DNA of 64,000 nucleotides from Octopus vulgaris (Eukaryota): NCBI GenBank assembly GCA_951406725.2, contig OX597831.1, positions 17,794,001 to 17,858,000 of the forward strand, read 5' to 3'. Shown piece by piece: positions 16,987 to 30,619 of this stretch (position 1 is its first letter; each line of letters starts with the position of its first letter). The notes under the pieces were generated by a model. It saw only the letters and a program-made list of their open reading frames with translations, ran no database searches and was not told where the DNA came from. The position numbers and the translations under genes were made by a program.

Positions 16987-18495
16987 TTATAAAAAAGAAG
17001 TTTGAAAACGCCACTATATTAGATAAATTCTAATTTTCTTATGAATTTTACATGTTTCGGTTCTTGAAAAAACGAGCCTTATCAAAAATATTATAAAAAG
17101 TGAAAATTGAAAAGTTCATAATCGTTTCTTACTGTTCTCAATAGAATCCATGTGGTGGTGTTTTGTTGGTAGTTGGTATAATCGCTATATTCCTGTTGAG
17201 TGTATTGAAGAAGTCCATTTTTGTTTCTTGCTGGTATTAAAAGGAACCGCTTTTTTGTTACCTTGTGTTCCAATGGTAGCAACAGTAGTGATTGTTGGTC
17301 GTAGTAGATGGTTGTAATTTTGGCAACCTTGGTGGTGGTTAGGGTTAGCAGTAGAGGACTGTTGATCGTAGCAGCAAAAGTGGTGGGTTCACTGGCACTG
17401 TTCACCGACGTCACATAATTCCAAACCAATCAAAACCAAACTTCAACGAATACAAGGTAAAGACACCCAACTGTATCCGTTAAGGAAACCAACCAAGTAG
17501 AACGACAGGCTTGACCACGGAAGAAAAAACTCATCAATTTTTTAACGAATCAAAATCAGATCTGCTCGCAGAAAAAAATTTGTTTATAAATTCATTTTTC
17601 CCTAAAACATACCACTGCAAGCGGGAGTGACTGTTTAAAGATCTGAGAAATTGTAATTCCACAATTGTAATTGTGGTAGAATTTCATTTTTTTTTTCGGA
17701 AAACCAATGTTTTGTTTTAATATTCCTGGCCCAGGGTGTTCAAACTTGGTCAAACTTTTTTGATGAAATAAAGTTCTTTAGTTTGGCGTTGGGTGAAGGT
17801 TACGCTGTCACTGAATTTGTAAAGTGGGTAAGTTGTAAATTTCGGATTTTCATTTGTAGCACATCTATCTATGTGTCAGCTGACCGTAATTTTCCGGTAT
17901 TCAGGATTTCTAATTTGGGATTTATGCACCGCCATCCTTTTACGTAAGCTATTTTTTGTATGGCCTATATACTGCCTGTTGCAGCCTGCGCATGTTAAGA
18001 CGTAAATTAAGTTTTCTGATGCACAGGTGAAGTTTGTTCTAATGGTGAACTGATGGCCTTGTTTTAGTATAAATTCTGAACCTTCTACCAAGATGACACA
18101 GATTCCGCAGTTGGGCCTTCCACATTTTCTAACTGCTGGTTTTGTGGTTGATGTTGAGTGCAGTTTAGCTTGGGTTAAAATGCTCTTCAAGGATTTTGGT
18201 TGCCGTTTACTTTTAATGATGGTGTGTGTTTCCAGGATCTGGTTCATCTTTGGGTCTCCCTTTAGTAGTGCTGTGGTTTGTAGTATGACGCTGAAGGCCT
18301 CATTGTTAAGTGGGTTGTGTGTAGAGATGTAGGGAAGGGTTTTTAATTTTTCTTTCTTTTTTGGTTTTGTTTGTCTCAGGTCTTCTATACTTAATGTAAG
18401 TGCCCGTTTGATTGCACTGTCTATTAGGGGCTGTGGATAATTTATGTTTATGAGTGTAGTTCTAAGTTCCTGGAGGCGTGTGTGTCGGGTGTTTG
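16980..18495 (-). mobile_element. Penelope-like element 3' part (RT thumb plus GIY-YIG endonuclease)
   Basis: ORF 17876-18556 contains KCGRPNCGIC and NLIYVLTCAGCNRQYIGHT..LRKRMAVH. Confidence 0.88.
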
Positions 18496-18510
18496 TATAT
18501 ATATATATAT

Positions 18511-18551
<41 letters not shown>

Positions 18552-18899
18552 CACACACTATAGATGATATGGTTTCCTGATGCGGTCCCTTTTTAGAGAA
18601 TGTGCATAAACTTTAAGGGTTTTGACAGGATCTTAGCGTAAAATTTGCAGGTTGATAAAAATAGATTAAAGTTCATATACGTATATATTTGCGTTTCGCA
18701 AAATATTCGATCGAATTCTTTGGCATGTATTAGTTAAAGAATGCGGAATATAATTCTAGATATATAACTGTTATTCATAGTGTGCATATAAGCGATGTGG
18801 AAGAATTTGCCAATGGTGGAGAGGTGGCCATGAGGATGTGTGAACATGCTTTATCTTTTGAATGTCGTTTTGTTTATTGCACAATCACTCGGGGAAATT

Positions 18900-21800
18900 C
18901 ATTTCACTAATATTCAAACGGTTCTGTATTGATATCAGATGGTATTACGTCGATCTATTCAATGTTACACCGTTCCTGCATGAAATCGTCTGTGAGATAA
19001 TCATTAAGAGACATGTTAAATATGAAACTGAAATATGACGTATTACCTTTAATGTAACTCGGAAAGGATTACCTTCTCTTCTACAATATTACTGTTTGTA
19101 ACCTATATTGTAGTTTAGAAGATATAAGGCGGCGAGCTGTCAGATACGATAGCACGCCGGGCGAAATGTGTAGCCGTATTTCGTCTGCCGTTACGTTATG
19201 GGTTCAAATTCCGCCGAGGTCGACTTTGCCTTTCACACTTTCAGGGTCGAGAAGTTAAGTACCTGTTTTTTGCACTGGGGTCGATGTTCTCGACTTAATC
19301 CCTTTGTCTGTCCTTGTTTAGAGGATATCTAAGTCATTCTAAACTCTAGAGATTGTCATATATCAAAGATAGATTTGTACTTGAGACAAAATGTGCCAAT
19401 CTATAAAATAATGAATAGAAAAAGCTAAACGGTTAAGTAAATATATATTCCACTAAGTACATTTCAAGGTAATATAATTAAACATAATCCGATTGATATT
19501 AAAATCTTTATTTTCAATTATTAGTTAGCATTTGGCATTAAAAATTAAAATTATGAGAAACTTTGATAATGCATGCTGATTATGATTGCAACCATGTACC
19601 TATATTCAATAAATAAACCACAAATGCAGAAAGAAGAACCGGTATGTAAAAAGTCACCTGTAAAATAAATAGGAATGAATGTTAGACATAAACATTGAAA
19701 GTAGTGTCATGTGAATTACAGAATTATGTCGATGTGTATATATTTCTATTTATTAAACGTTGTTGTGTTACACGGCATATCACTTCGGATATTTCAGGTT
19801 TGTTGTAGAAATGAGCGACGGACATAAATTTCTAAAAGGGACCACCAGAAAGAGAGCGATGGTGTCAATGACGAGTTTGCACCGATTTATAATTAAAGAA
19901 AAACAGAAAGAGAATTATTGCGTAGGTAAAAATTGAGTCCTTGCTACTCGCCTCATGAAAAGATAGGGACTATATTGTTTAGCCCTTTTTGGCTGCTGAA
20001 TATAAATGAAGGTTAACAAAATTGCGATGAATGAAATCACATTCATGAAACCTTTTTTCGTTTATTTTTCTAACCTTATAGAGTACCAGATGTTTCTATT
20101 AGGGGTCAAAATATTTTAATAATTACTTCATCTTCTTTCTATATTCATAAATGTGTTAACATTATTAACGTATTGTTATCGCAGTGATATTCAAATTCTT
20201 ATATTCAAATTAGTTTGGCAGAACTGCCATCATTCCATCAATTACAAATGGATATATTACAATAAATTATATTACTACAGAAGTCCCTCAGCATATAGCG
20301 GTTCACCTATCAGAGTATATTTTTTTTAAGATCACGTCGATTCCTCCCTGGTGTTGTTTTGTATTTATAATAATAACAAATATGTACAGATTATTAAAGA
20401 AAATAAAAATCAATATACAGTACGGCACAGTTTTTATCTATCTCCTGGTTTTGGAACATAACCCCGCGATAGTCGAGGGATTACTCTACTCCAATTATTG
20501 ACAAATATGTAACACGGTGATGTCACTACTGGAGAATATGTGAGAGGTCTCCATTATAGTGAGTATTGATAAACGGTATTGTAATTAAGATTGTAATGTA
20601 TTGTTTTATATGCGAGTCCTGGAGTAGATTTGAAATGGAATCAAAGAAATACAATAATTATAAATTTCTTAACATGAAATCACATACCTTGTCTGAACTT
20701 CCGCGATACTGAAAGCAAAAAGTGTCGTGATTTTGAGTGTGCCACAACAGGGAATTCAATTTATCTGTACAGATATATCTTAATTACGATGATATGTTTT
20801 CGAATCTTATAACAATCGTGATATAAAATATCATCATTATATACGTGAGTGATCAGTGATAACTGAAGAGAAGAGCTAATCTTTGGCGTTACCTGTGTGC
20901 TTTAATAATAGGAGTTGATTAAATGCGATGGAATATAAGTATCGCAGATTATTTACATTACGTTACCGATTTGCTGACCATTATTTCGAAGCACTCAAAT
21001 AGTTCGAGTATTGCTAAAATGAATTATTCAGTTATTTTCTGATCGTCAGTTGATATTGAAACTAAAGTGCAGCGAGATGCTGTCTTTGAGTTTTATTTAG
21101 TAAAGCCAATCAAATATATTTTTTTGATTCAGACTCGGTGCTCCCAATACAATAACAATTATAAAACTTTATCTTATAGCTAGGAGAGTATGGTAGTTTG
21201 CTTGAAGCATTGTTTATTTTTTATAAAGAATAAGTTTTCAATGGTACAACAATGCACTATAATCTTTAGAAAAAGGCATGGACTATATACCTGTTGAAAT
21301 TTAGTTATCCATAGTCCGATGGATATTTCGGAATACATATTTCGGAATGCAATTCCTTCTTCAGATATTCTTAGATGGATTCGCTGCTATACACTTATTG
21401 TGGTTGTAATTACGTTACAAACCACATAAAGGTTGGACACACTCTAACAACTATTTAATTAATTTTTAAATGCTGCAGTATAGTATACTACAATATAATT
21501 GAATGAAAAATGGCAATAAGAAATGCTTTTGAATTGTTATGACTATATATATTTGACGCGGTAACATTTTTGTTGAACCTGTGGCATCTTTTCTCCTAGT
21601 GTATAAACTATGCAAATGATATCGAAACTTTGACTGTATATTTATGATGTTTTTATTCTCATCGACATCTGTCGGTTGAATCGTTCTCCGTATCAAACTA
21701 AATTTACATCTTTCGTAACAACAGCATAAATGCGGAAGCTATACATTAGATATTACTGCAATATAAAACGCAATTACAATAGTATCCTGTTAATGCGTGC

Positions 21801-22020
21801 GACCGCCATATTTTCCAATTAAACACTAAGCTCCTTGCTTCCAATGTGGTTTCAGAGACATTTTTTTAGGTCTGATGGAAAAGTATATTTTTCCGAAAGA
21901 AATCTTTACTTCGAGGGAGGGCAAATTTAATTGAAAGTAGTATCAAATACAAGTACAGTAAGAGTTACAAATAACTTACGTGGCACGTGTGAATACTATC
22001 AAACAGATTGTAACACATCC
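18900..22020 (-). pseudogene. Degenerate family B-like gene B2: exon ending 21980, exon 20764-20688, exon 19657-19600 (VTFYIPVLLSAFVVYLLNI), micro-exon ~19075-19047 (EGNPFRVTLK), exon from 18975 (ERCNIE*)
   Basis: GT-AG bounded segments; the first three align with 45.6-49.2 kb. The GNP..K micro-exon resembles B1 NLGNPSSVK. No in-frame ATG was found and the last exon has stops. Confidence 0.35.
19128..19320 (+). mobile_element. tRNA-derived SINE (octopus-type)
   Basis: ggcggcgagctg head and B-box GGTTCAAATTCC; 13-bp TSD gtttaga(a/g)gatat at 19113 and 19316. Confidence 0.9.
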
Positions 22021-22348
22021 AGTTAACGTTATTCTCGAATCTTTTTTTATCCAAACATTTCATTAAGTTATCGAAGATCCTGGAAAAACCAAATATCTTT
22101 GGAAACATAATTTAAAACGCGAAAATTCTATTTCTACGTGGATACTAAAGGAACTACGTAGAAACTAAATTCTATTCGTTATTTATGAATTATAAGACGT
22201 GAATATCTCTACTCATGTCATACCACGCATAGACACACACATTCTCTCTTTCTCTCTCTCTGTCTCTCTCTCTCTCTCTCTTTCATCTACTCACACACAA
22301 TTGCACACGCACCACATATTTATACGTATGTAAGCATATATATATATG

Positions 22349-22550
22349 GGGGAGAATTCACAAAAAATAAAAGACGAAGACAGGTAGTGTAGCCAAATAA
22401 CAGATGTATTAGTATAAGTATTAGTATAACGCTAGGGAAGTGAAAAATTCTTTAACGTTTCGAGCCAACGCTCTTCCAAAAATAGGAACACAGAAAAAAA
22501 CAAGGAGAGAAAATAAAAAATGTGTAGTGTCTAGAAATCGAACGTGGCCC
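22349..22550 (-). repeat. Dispersed repeat, likely a Penelope terminal-repeat relic; second copy at ~50310-50435
   Basis: Shared gacgaagac..tgtattagt..acgtttcga.c.acgctctt with 50310-50435. Confidence 0.5.
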
Positions 22551-23389
22551 CGAGATTCTCAAAGACAAAAACATCTTAGTAGCCATCTTATATAATTTGA
22601 AATTGAACACCGAAATATTTACCGAATAACAAGCCTACAGATTAAAGAGTGTATGTATAGGGAATCCAGGTGGACACATATGAAGGCAATAATTTAAATA
22701 AGCAAATGAAACTTCATGTGTTTGGTATACAATAATGACACTGCAATTTAAAGGGTATAGACAGTCAACAGATGAGATACACAGATAGTGAATAGAAAAG
22801 CTTTGTTGTGGTGAAGTTATTTAAAATTACACCTCGAAACATTTACTGAGGACAAAGACTGCGGAGTAAGAAGTGTCTATCATAGGTATCGAGGTGAACC
22901 TCTCTCTCCCTAACAGGTTGTTCCTGTTATTAGATAGAGAATGCTTTACTTTTAGGCGCTGGGCTACTTTTCTTTGTTTCTGTTCTTTTGGATTTTGATT
23001 GTTTGATCTAGGGGGATGTGTATTTATTTGTGTAGATGTATTTGTTCTAGTTTGTTTTATGAAGGGGTTATCTGAAGTGTAGTCTCTTTTAAATTGAACT
23101 TCATAATTGAGGAAGAAGTTAATACTGTTTTCCCTTCGTTGCAGGGAAATTATTTCTTCCGTCTCACAGCTGTCTTTCCATAATTATAAAGCACTTTCCA
23201 AAAGTTCTTCATCAGCATATTTGGTGAGTTCTATGTGTATTTCCTCATCGATCTTATTGTATCTTTGTTCGGTATTTGATGCTCTGAGTTTGAATAACAC
23301 AATCTCTACTTTTATTTTTTCTAATACTAATTTCTCCCTAAGTTTCCCTTGTTGTTCTGGTTCTTCTGGGATTGGTTTAATTTGAAATT

Positions 23390-24190
23390 ACGAAGCTTTA
23401 CAAATCAACCACGAAACCAATGGTTGAAAATGTGGACACCCAGACTGGAACCTGCCCCAATCTGCTTCAAGGCTCGGATTTCCTTTTCAAAAAAGGACAG
23501 AGGTTCACAATTAAAACTAGTTTCAATTGTGCCACTGAGAACCTAATTTATGTCACAACCTGCTCGGGTTGCGGACACCACTATATTGGACAAACCAGTA
23601 TAAACTCGAGAAAGAGAAACATTCTACATAAAGAGCAAATCTGCTTCCCGCAATACAGACACATTTTTCTCAGTGAACGTAATAAAATGTGCAGGTAATA
23701 TCAAACACATTTTCAGTCTTCCCTTTCTACGAGTGCAAAGATGCAATCTCTCAACTTTTTCATTGAAAAATACAAAACACGTCTTAATATGCACGCATAA
23801 CCAACTTTTATCTTTTTACATATTTCAATTCACGATTATAGCACTGTACATAAATCCCCTACTAAACAAGGTTTTTTAGACTTGTCTCTGCCTGTACACA
23901 TATAAAATGCCCAACCATTACCGAAAGCTGAACAGTTATCTCCCTTACCCACAACAATAACAATAGTAACGACAACCAATTACCTCCCTTTATTTATCTA
24001 CTTCTGAAGTCATGCACTTATGAATTTCATCACACGCGACACGGACAAAATATCTTCTTAAGCAAAAATATATATTCAAATAAGTAAAACACAATATCAT
24101 TAATAACGATAGCGAAACCGGTCGATATATTAAAAATTACATTAAAACTATGTAAGTGTGCGTATTTTCCTTTTTCTTTTCTTATATACA
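23390..24190 (+). mobile_element. Penelope-like GIY-YIG 3' fragment
   Basis: FNCATENLIYVTTCSGCGHHYIGQT. Confidence 0.85.
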
Positions 24191-24239
24191 TTACAACTCA
24201 CCACATTGGGACAATCGAAATTCCTCTTTTCTTTACTAC

Positions 24240-24315
<76 letters not shown>

Positions 24316-24326
24316 TTCTTGTGTAA

Positions 24327-27300
24327 TTATGTTTGTATAATTTTGCGAATATCATATATAATATCTATCATAGTTTCATTATACAATACACACGTGCAGT
24401 CATCGTTTTCCACATACAAATTTAATTCTTTATCGCAATCTCTGCTTGCTAGAGATGTACACATCTTCCAATGGGACGCAGTCACTCTATCTGTAATGTA
24501 AAAAGAAAATCACTTTTATTTTGGTCTATGGCTCTGAACATTTCCATAACCGTAGTAAACTATTTGAAAGATTAAGTTCATTTCTTTAACCGTTTTACAC
24601 ACAAAAATGTGGATATCGTGAAAAGTGATGGTGAATCACAAAGCAAGAACCTCGTGAAGTAGAATGCGGTGAAATGATGATTTGTTTTTGCTTTTTTGAA
24701 AATAGGAGTTATATTTTTCTTGCTCGTTCCAATACCTATTTCTTTACTACCCACGACGGGCTAAATGCAGAGTGGACAAAGAAGGACAGTCAAACGGATT
24801 AAGTCGGTTATATCGACCACAGTGCGTAACTGGTACTTATTTAATCGACTCCGAAAGGATGAAAGGCAAAGTCGACCACGGCGGAATTTGAACTCAGACC
24901 GTAGTGGCAGACGAAATACCTATTTCTTTACTATCCAAAAGGGTCCAAACACAGAGGGGACAAAGAAAGACAGACAAACGTATTAAGTCGATTATATCGA
25001 CCCCAGTGTGCGACTGGTACTTATTTAATCGACCCCGAAAAGATGAAAGGCAAAGTCGACCTCGGCGGGATTTGAACTCAGAACGTAACGACAGACGAAA
25101 TACTGCTAAGCATTTCGCCCGGCGTGCTAACGATTCTGCCAGATCGCCGCATTGCTCGTTCAAGTACAGTGTACAAAATCGTCAGTGTTTTCATCCAGTC
25201 GGATATCCTTCGTATTATAACTAAACAGGTTGTTTTATCAATGACACGCTGTTAATGACATCTAGGACACACCTCTGTTAAAGTTGTTTACAATTACGTT
25301 TCAATAATCAACAGGAATTTTCTATACTATCGCTTCTGTTTCATAATCTGACGCAAATGAACGAAACAATTGCATTGTTAGAATTTATAGCTATACATTT
25401 TGCATGTCAGATGTCTCGTAATGAATTGAAGGTTCAGTCTTTCTTGAGGGTAGTGAGAGATTATTCTTAATGCGCCTGTACGATTTTGAGATGCTTATGC
25501 ACAATGTGTGTTGTTTGAAAAGCATTCTCAGCACCGCATTTCGGTGTACAACTAAAACTATGCATTGTGAATATATTATGATAATCTGAAATCTTGATAA
25601 ACCGAAATTATTATATATCGAAGCTAATCCTATTGGTTACCTACTAAAGTTCCACCGTTGTGTTTACTGGAATAGCGACATCGTGTGTCCGAAATGAAAT
25701 CACATTCTCAAGCACAAATTTTATCAACGTAACTTATTTTGCATTCTGTTGCAGAGATCAAGTGGATACATTAGGGCAGTTGGTAATTAGTATAAGAAGG
25801 TTGAGAGTGAATTAGATGGAAAGCAGATGACATAGAAAAAAATAGAAACAGAATAGGTGGAGATGAATAAGAAGAATAATAATATGGGAGGAAAGAATTA
25901 TAATTAAATACAGATCGAATGAGGAAACAGAGCCCCCCTCCAAAAAAAAAAACCCAGCGAAACCAATTATATACTATACTGAAAGGAAACATATGTAAAT
26001 AAAAAGAAGTGAATAAGAGATGAAAAAGAATAAATAAATACAACCTTAACATCGGAAGAGATATAAAAAGAAGAAAGCGGTTGAACAATTCGGGTAATAT
26101 TTTTCGCGAGTCAGGAACCCTCAAAACATTATGTTAATATATGCCGGCGCGTGTGTGTGTGTGTTTAAGAGCCAAGCATTATTGACAGTTTTCTTTCATT
26201 TGCGTTTCTTCTAGAATGATTAAGCAGAATGCCATTACATTTTACTCTGTCGATGAAACCCATACTGATACTCATTCAATGCAGCAAGTAATTTTCTGTT
26301 TTTCTTAAGGGCTTGAGGCATGACACTAATCGTGAGGAAATTACAGCACTTATTTGCATTACATTTTAAAAATTTATTCTTCGCAGGAGCGTCGATATTT
26401 AGAGACTCTTCAGTGTACTACTCAGCATTATAGATTCTGTTGACAATGTCTGTGAATTTCTTAATACCATATGAGTCAAACATCTCATACGTTATTGTAT
26501 CAGGCACTTGGACTTTACCGTTTGTTAATTATTTTTATTTATTTATTTACTTAATGCTTAAACATGCACAGGGTCTACAATCTCAAATGCATTTAGATAG
26601 ATCGTGAGGAAATTCTGTCGTGGCTTTAATCTTCAAGGTGTTCTCTCACGTTTTCAGCCACATATGTTAATGACCATAGTTTCATTAGGCAGTTTCCTAC
26701 TTTCTTTTGTATAAATGAATCCCATTATCATTTGAACATTATCATTTACTCCCTTGAATTTTCGACATATGTTTATTTATTGTACTGTAATGGAGGCGCG
26801 TGGCTTAGTGGTTAGGGTGTCAGCACCATGATCGTAGGATTGTGGTTTCGATTCATGGACCTGGTGACGCGGGGTGTTCTTGAGCAAAACACTTCCTTTC
26901 ACGTTGCTCAAATCCACTCAGCTGGCGAAAATGAGTAACGCCGCGATGGACAGGCGTTTCGTCCAGCTGGGGAACATATACGCCATAGAAACCGGGAAAC
27001 AGGGCCCATGAGCCGGGCTAGGCTTTAAAAGGGCGCATTTATTATTTTTAATTGCCCGTGTCGAGATTCTCCATTTCAACATCCTGTGTGTATTTTGAAA
27101 AAAGTCTTGCTTTGTTTATAATTATTAGGACAATGGTCATTGTATTTAGTGTTACAACTTGAATTGTGTGTTTTTGCCAACATTTGACGTCAGCTTTTCT
27201 TTTGTATGTTTCAAAGAAAATGTCATAAAATCATTTGACGGAGTATGTTATAGAGAGTTCATAACCTCCTTAGAAATATCCGGCTTAGATGAAAAGTCTA

Positions 27301-28565
27301 TCATAATTTTTTGTGTAATATTGGATCCAATATGTAGACATGTAAAATGGACCAGGATTTGCCGAAACCAATAGATATAAGACATCTAAAGGAATGATGA
27401 GTGTTATTAACGTGCCTAAATAATATCTATGGCGATCGTATATTCATAAACTATAACACGCTCAAATTAAGCGCAGGAACATCAGGAATATGAATTATGC
27501 TTATGAGATGTATCTATTTGCAAATAGGTTGGAACATTTCTTATAGAAGATCAAAATGATAAGAAATAATGATATTAATTCTAAATATAGATATTAAAAT
27601 TTCTAAGATATATATTAGAAATAAAAAGAGAAATGAACAAGACAGGGAAACACCATCAGGTAAATTGACAGAAGATTGAAGAAGTACAGAAATGTTGAAT
27701 TTAAAAGGAAAATATATTAAGATGAATGCTATAAAATAAATGGAAATGTTAAATGGACATGGATAATAATGCAAGACATATTCACAATAAACCGGTTTAC
27801 ACTGTATCTAAATCTGGTTGCAGAAACCTCAATTAAATCAGCTGGTTTAAAGCAAAATGACAGAAAATACGTAAATATCTGTTAAACCACAACTCAATCT
27901 GGAAGGCGTGCGTCCGTTCTTCTACAAAAAAATGTGTCCGTATGATGTCTGCACTCGCTAAAATATATAAGATCTGGATTTAAGCAGTGTGTTCGAAGAC
28001 TTGGATCAGATAAATATATGGTGTTATTCTCCCCCAGAGATGTTGCGTTACAATGGCTTCGATTTCTCACGATACTTGATTGTATCTGTTGTTTAGATGG
28101 TCTTAAAACTGAATACGTGACTAGTCAACATAGTTGCATTACATTTGTGGATGTACCGGACTATAGATAGGGAATGTGTATAACATATTTTGAATTCGCA
28201 TTTATATTCCCCGATGTACTTGGTCTATTCAATCCTATTTTGAATGGTTGCTGTTATGTCTGACTGCTGTAAGACGAATTTTATAATACACACCTGGCGA
28301 AGTGGGGGAAGCTTCAGGGTCCCGAAAGATATTAGAACCGGAATAGAAGACACCGAAATGAATGTATTATGTTTCCACACAGGCATTGGTCAGACAATGA
28401 TACGCTTCGACTATAGGAAGAGATGACGACATTTAAAATTTGTGAGAGAAAAAGCAAGAACTTATTACACTTTGACGGCATACGTACGTATTCTTATCTC
28501 TGTCTCTCGTTATCTTTCTTCTTATGAAGAGCGAATAAGATAGATAATCTTATAGGGATGTATGC

Positions 28566-28627
<62 letters not shown>

Positions 28628-28916
28628 TGTATGTATATATATATAGTATGTATGTATAAATAATGGGAGAAAGGATAGAGAGAGTGAGAAAATGATTAAT
28701 GATATTTAGATAAATATTTAAGGTGATAAAAAGGAGGACACAAATAACTTTTGATGCATGTATTATGATAATTCTACAGTTGAAATGCTACAAAGATAGA
28801 TTTCCAGATACATATAATCATTGGTACTTTAGATGTTACGAACGAAACTAATGGAATAATTAAGATACATACTTACTAACAAGAAGTAAAAAAATGAATA
28901 GGTAAAACTTGCTCAT
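24327..28916 (-). CDS. Family A secreted Cys-rich peptide A2, 67 aa, two coding exons (28916-28877 and 24490-24327): MSKFYLFIFLLLVNRVTA|SHWKMCTSLASRDCDKELNLYVENDDCTCVLYNETMIDIIYDIRKIIQT
   Basis: The first coding exon has acceptor tttgcag and donor A|gtaagt (phase 1). The next exon has acceptor ttacag|AT (phase 1). The joined frame is open, with a hydrophobic signal ending V-T-A and 4 Cys. Exon structure and phase are identical in the paralogue at 51-54 kb. Confidence 0.8.
24732..25150 (-). mobile_element. Tandem SINE (full copy ~24915-25150 plus a duplicated 3' portion ~24732-24915) inside the A2 intron
   Basis: Two direct copies of aatacctatttctttacta...gtcgac...gaactcaga; absent from the paralogous A3 intron. 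Confidence 0.9.
26792..27045 (+). mobile_element. Second tRNA-derived SINE family, inside the A2 intron
   Basis: A-box TGGCTTAGTGG and B-box-like GTTTCGATTC; T-rich tail; absent from the paralogous position near 52940. Confidence 0.8.
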
Positions 28917-29216
28917 CCCGTTGTCTCTCTATTAATAAATGCGACCAGTTAGAAGTCATCTGCAAATAGTTTCATCTTAAATAACTACGTATCATGTAAC
29001 ACATGTTTTGCATTAAATATAAGTACACGTTAACAGTAATTATCTTTTTTCTCCTGCAGTAATATATTTGACATGGACACATTTATATGTGATATTTAAA
29101 AGAATTTATCTACATATCCTGCTTTTGTTGTGCACAACTACTTATTAAAAAGAATTGTTGGGTCAACATCATCATTCTTCAGACGTACCATGTGCCACAT
29201 CCCACTATCCACATTT

Positions 29217-29451
29217 ACCTATTTCTTTACTACACACAAGGGGCTAAACACAATGAGGACAAACAAAGACTGACAAACGGATTAAGTCGATTATATCGAC
29301 CCCAGTGCGTAACTGGTACTTATTTAATCGAACCCGAAAGGATGAAAGGTTAAGTCGACCTCAGTGGAATTTGAACTCAGAATGCAGCGACAGACGAAAA
29401 TACTGCAACGCATTTCGCCCGACGTGCTAACGTTTCTGCCAGCTCGCCGCC
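29217..29451 (-). mobile_element. tRNA-derived SINE, full length
   Basis: Reverse complement of the 19128/44892 family. Confidence 0.9.
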
Positions 29452-29812
29452 TTCTTTTGACATTTATCATTCGAGTTAGTTTTTATAGAATTTGATAAAG
29501 AGACCGTCAGACGTTTGTGGTTGATAGTATCTCCGAATCAGAAATTCCCGATTTCTTTCGTCTTTTCGTAAGAAATGGACATGAACGCAATTCCTCTATT
29601 TGGCCGGCTTCAAAAATTGTTAAAATCTTAAAATATTTTACTTTAGTTCGACATGACATGTGCTTTGTGTCTGAAGAATATGTCTGAGTTCTCTGAACAC
29701 AAGAAAATATTGGTAGCGCTTTAATACATACAACATGATCTTAAATATTATTTCTCTATCACCAGATGGAGAACTTTATTTGTTGAATTTTCTTCACAGA
29801 TCACTGAATTTT

Positions 29813-29963
<151 letters not shown>

Positions 29964-30436
29964 GCGTGCATTTTTCCCTTGTTAACAGTTGACACGGAAA
30001 AAAAAGATAAATAGTTACCAGGTTAGCAAAAAAAATCACACAAGTAAAAAGGTTGTAACGCCTTGTTTTTAAAGGTAGAAACTTCGGGTTTATGTGTAAT
30101 ATTTTGTATAATATATAAAAATAAATAAATGGATTTAAACGCAGGTGTTATTCAAATTCTTTTAATTGCCACACCTGTTTCGAAGATAGTATTGAGAAAA
30201 GGTCGTCAGAATTTTGTAAAGAACATTTTTAATTTTTTAAAATGATATCTTCATTTTCATATAGCGCTTTCGTTCGTATTTCGAATTTGTCAAATATAAT
30301 GCTGTGAATATACAGATATATCGCTGATTTATATAAATCAGATGTTTTGGGGATATTTATTTATAAGAGAACATTGTTTTTGTTTGGCTTTTTGGGGTGA
30401 GGCTTTGAAGACAATAGAAGATGGATAGATAGATAA

Positions 30437-30519
<83 letters not shown>

Positions 30520-30619
30520 GATAGATAGACAGATAGACAGATAGGTAGATCGATCGATCGGAATATAGATAGATAGATAGTCAGACAGAGAGAAAGGAGG
30601 GTAGGGTAAAAGAGGGAGA

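Larger units (their letters stand above)
19500..29560. repeat. Old segmental duplication, copy 1 (direct-orientation paralogue of ~45500-54545)
   Basis: Collinear shared blocks, e.g. gatcagtgataactga (20851/48311), cagcattatagattctgttga (~26423/~52593) and ggttgat(a/t)gtatctccg (~29519/~54526). Confidence 0.85.

Noticed and set aside
24732-25150. Direct repeats resembling a CRISPR-like or regulatory array
   Set aside because: Fully explained by a tandem SINE duplication in a eukaryotic context.
26792-26865. tRNA-like sequence with A and B boxes
   Set aside because: No convincing cloverleaf and it continues into a SINE body; treated as a SINE head, not a tRNA gene.
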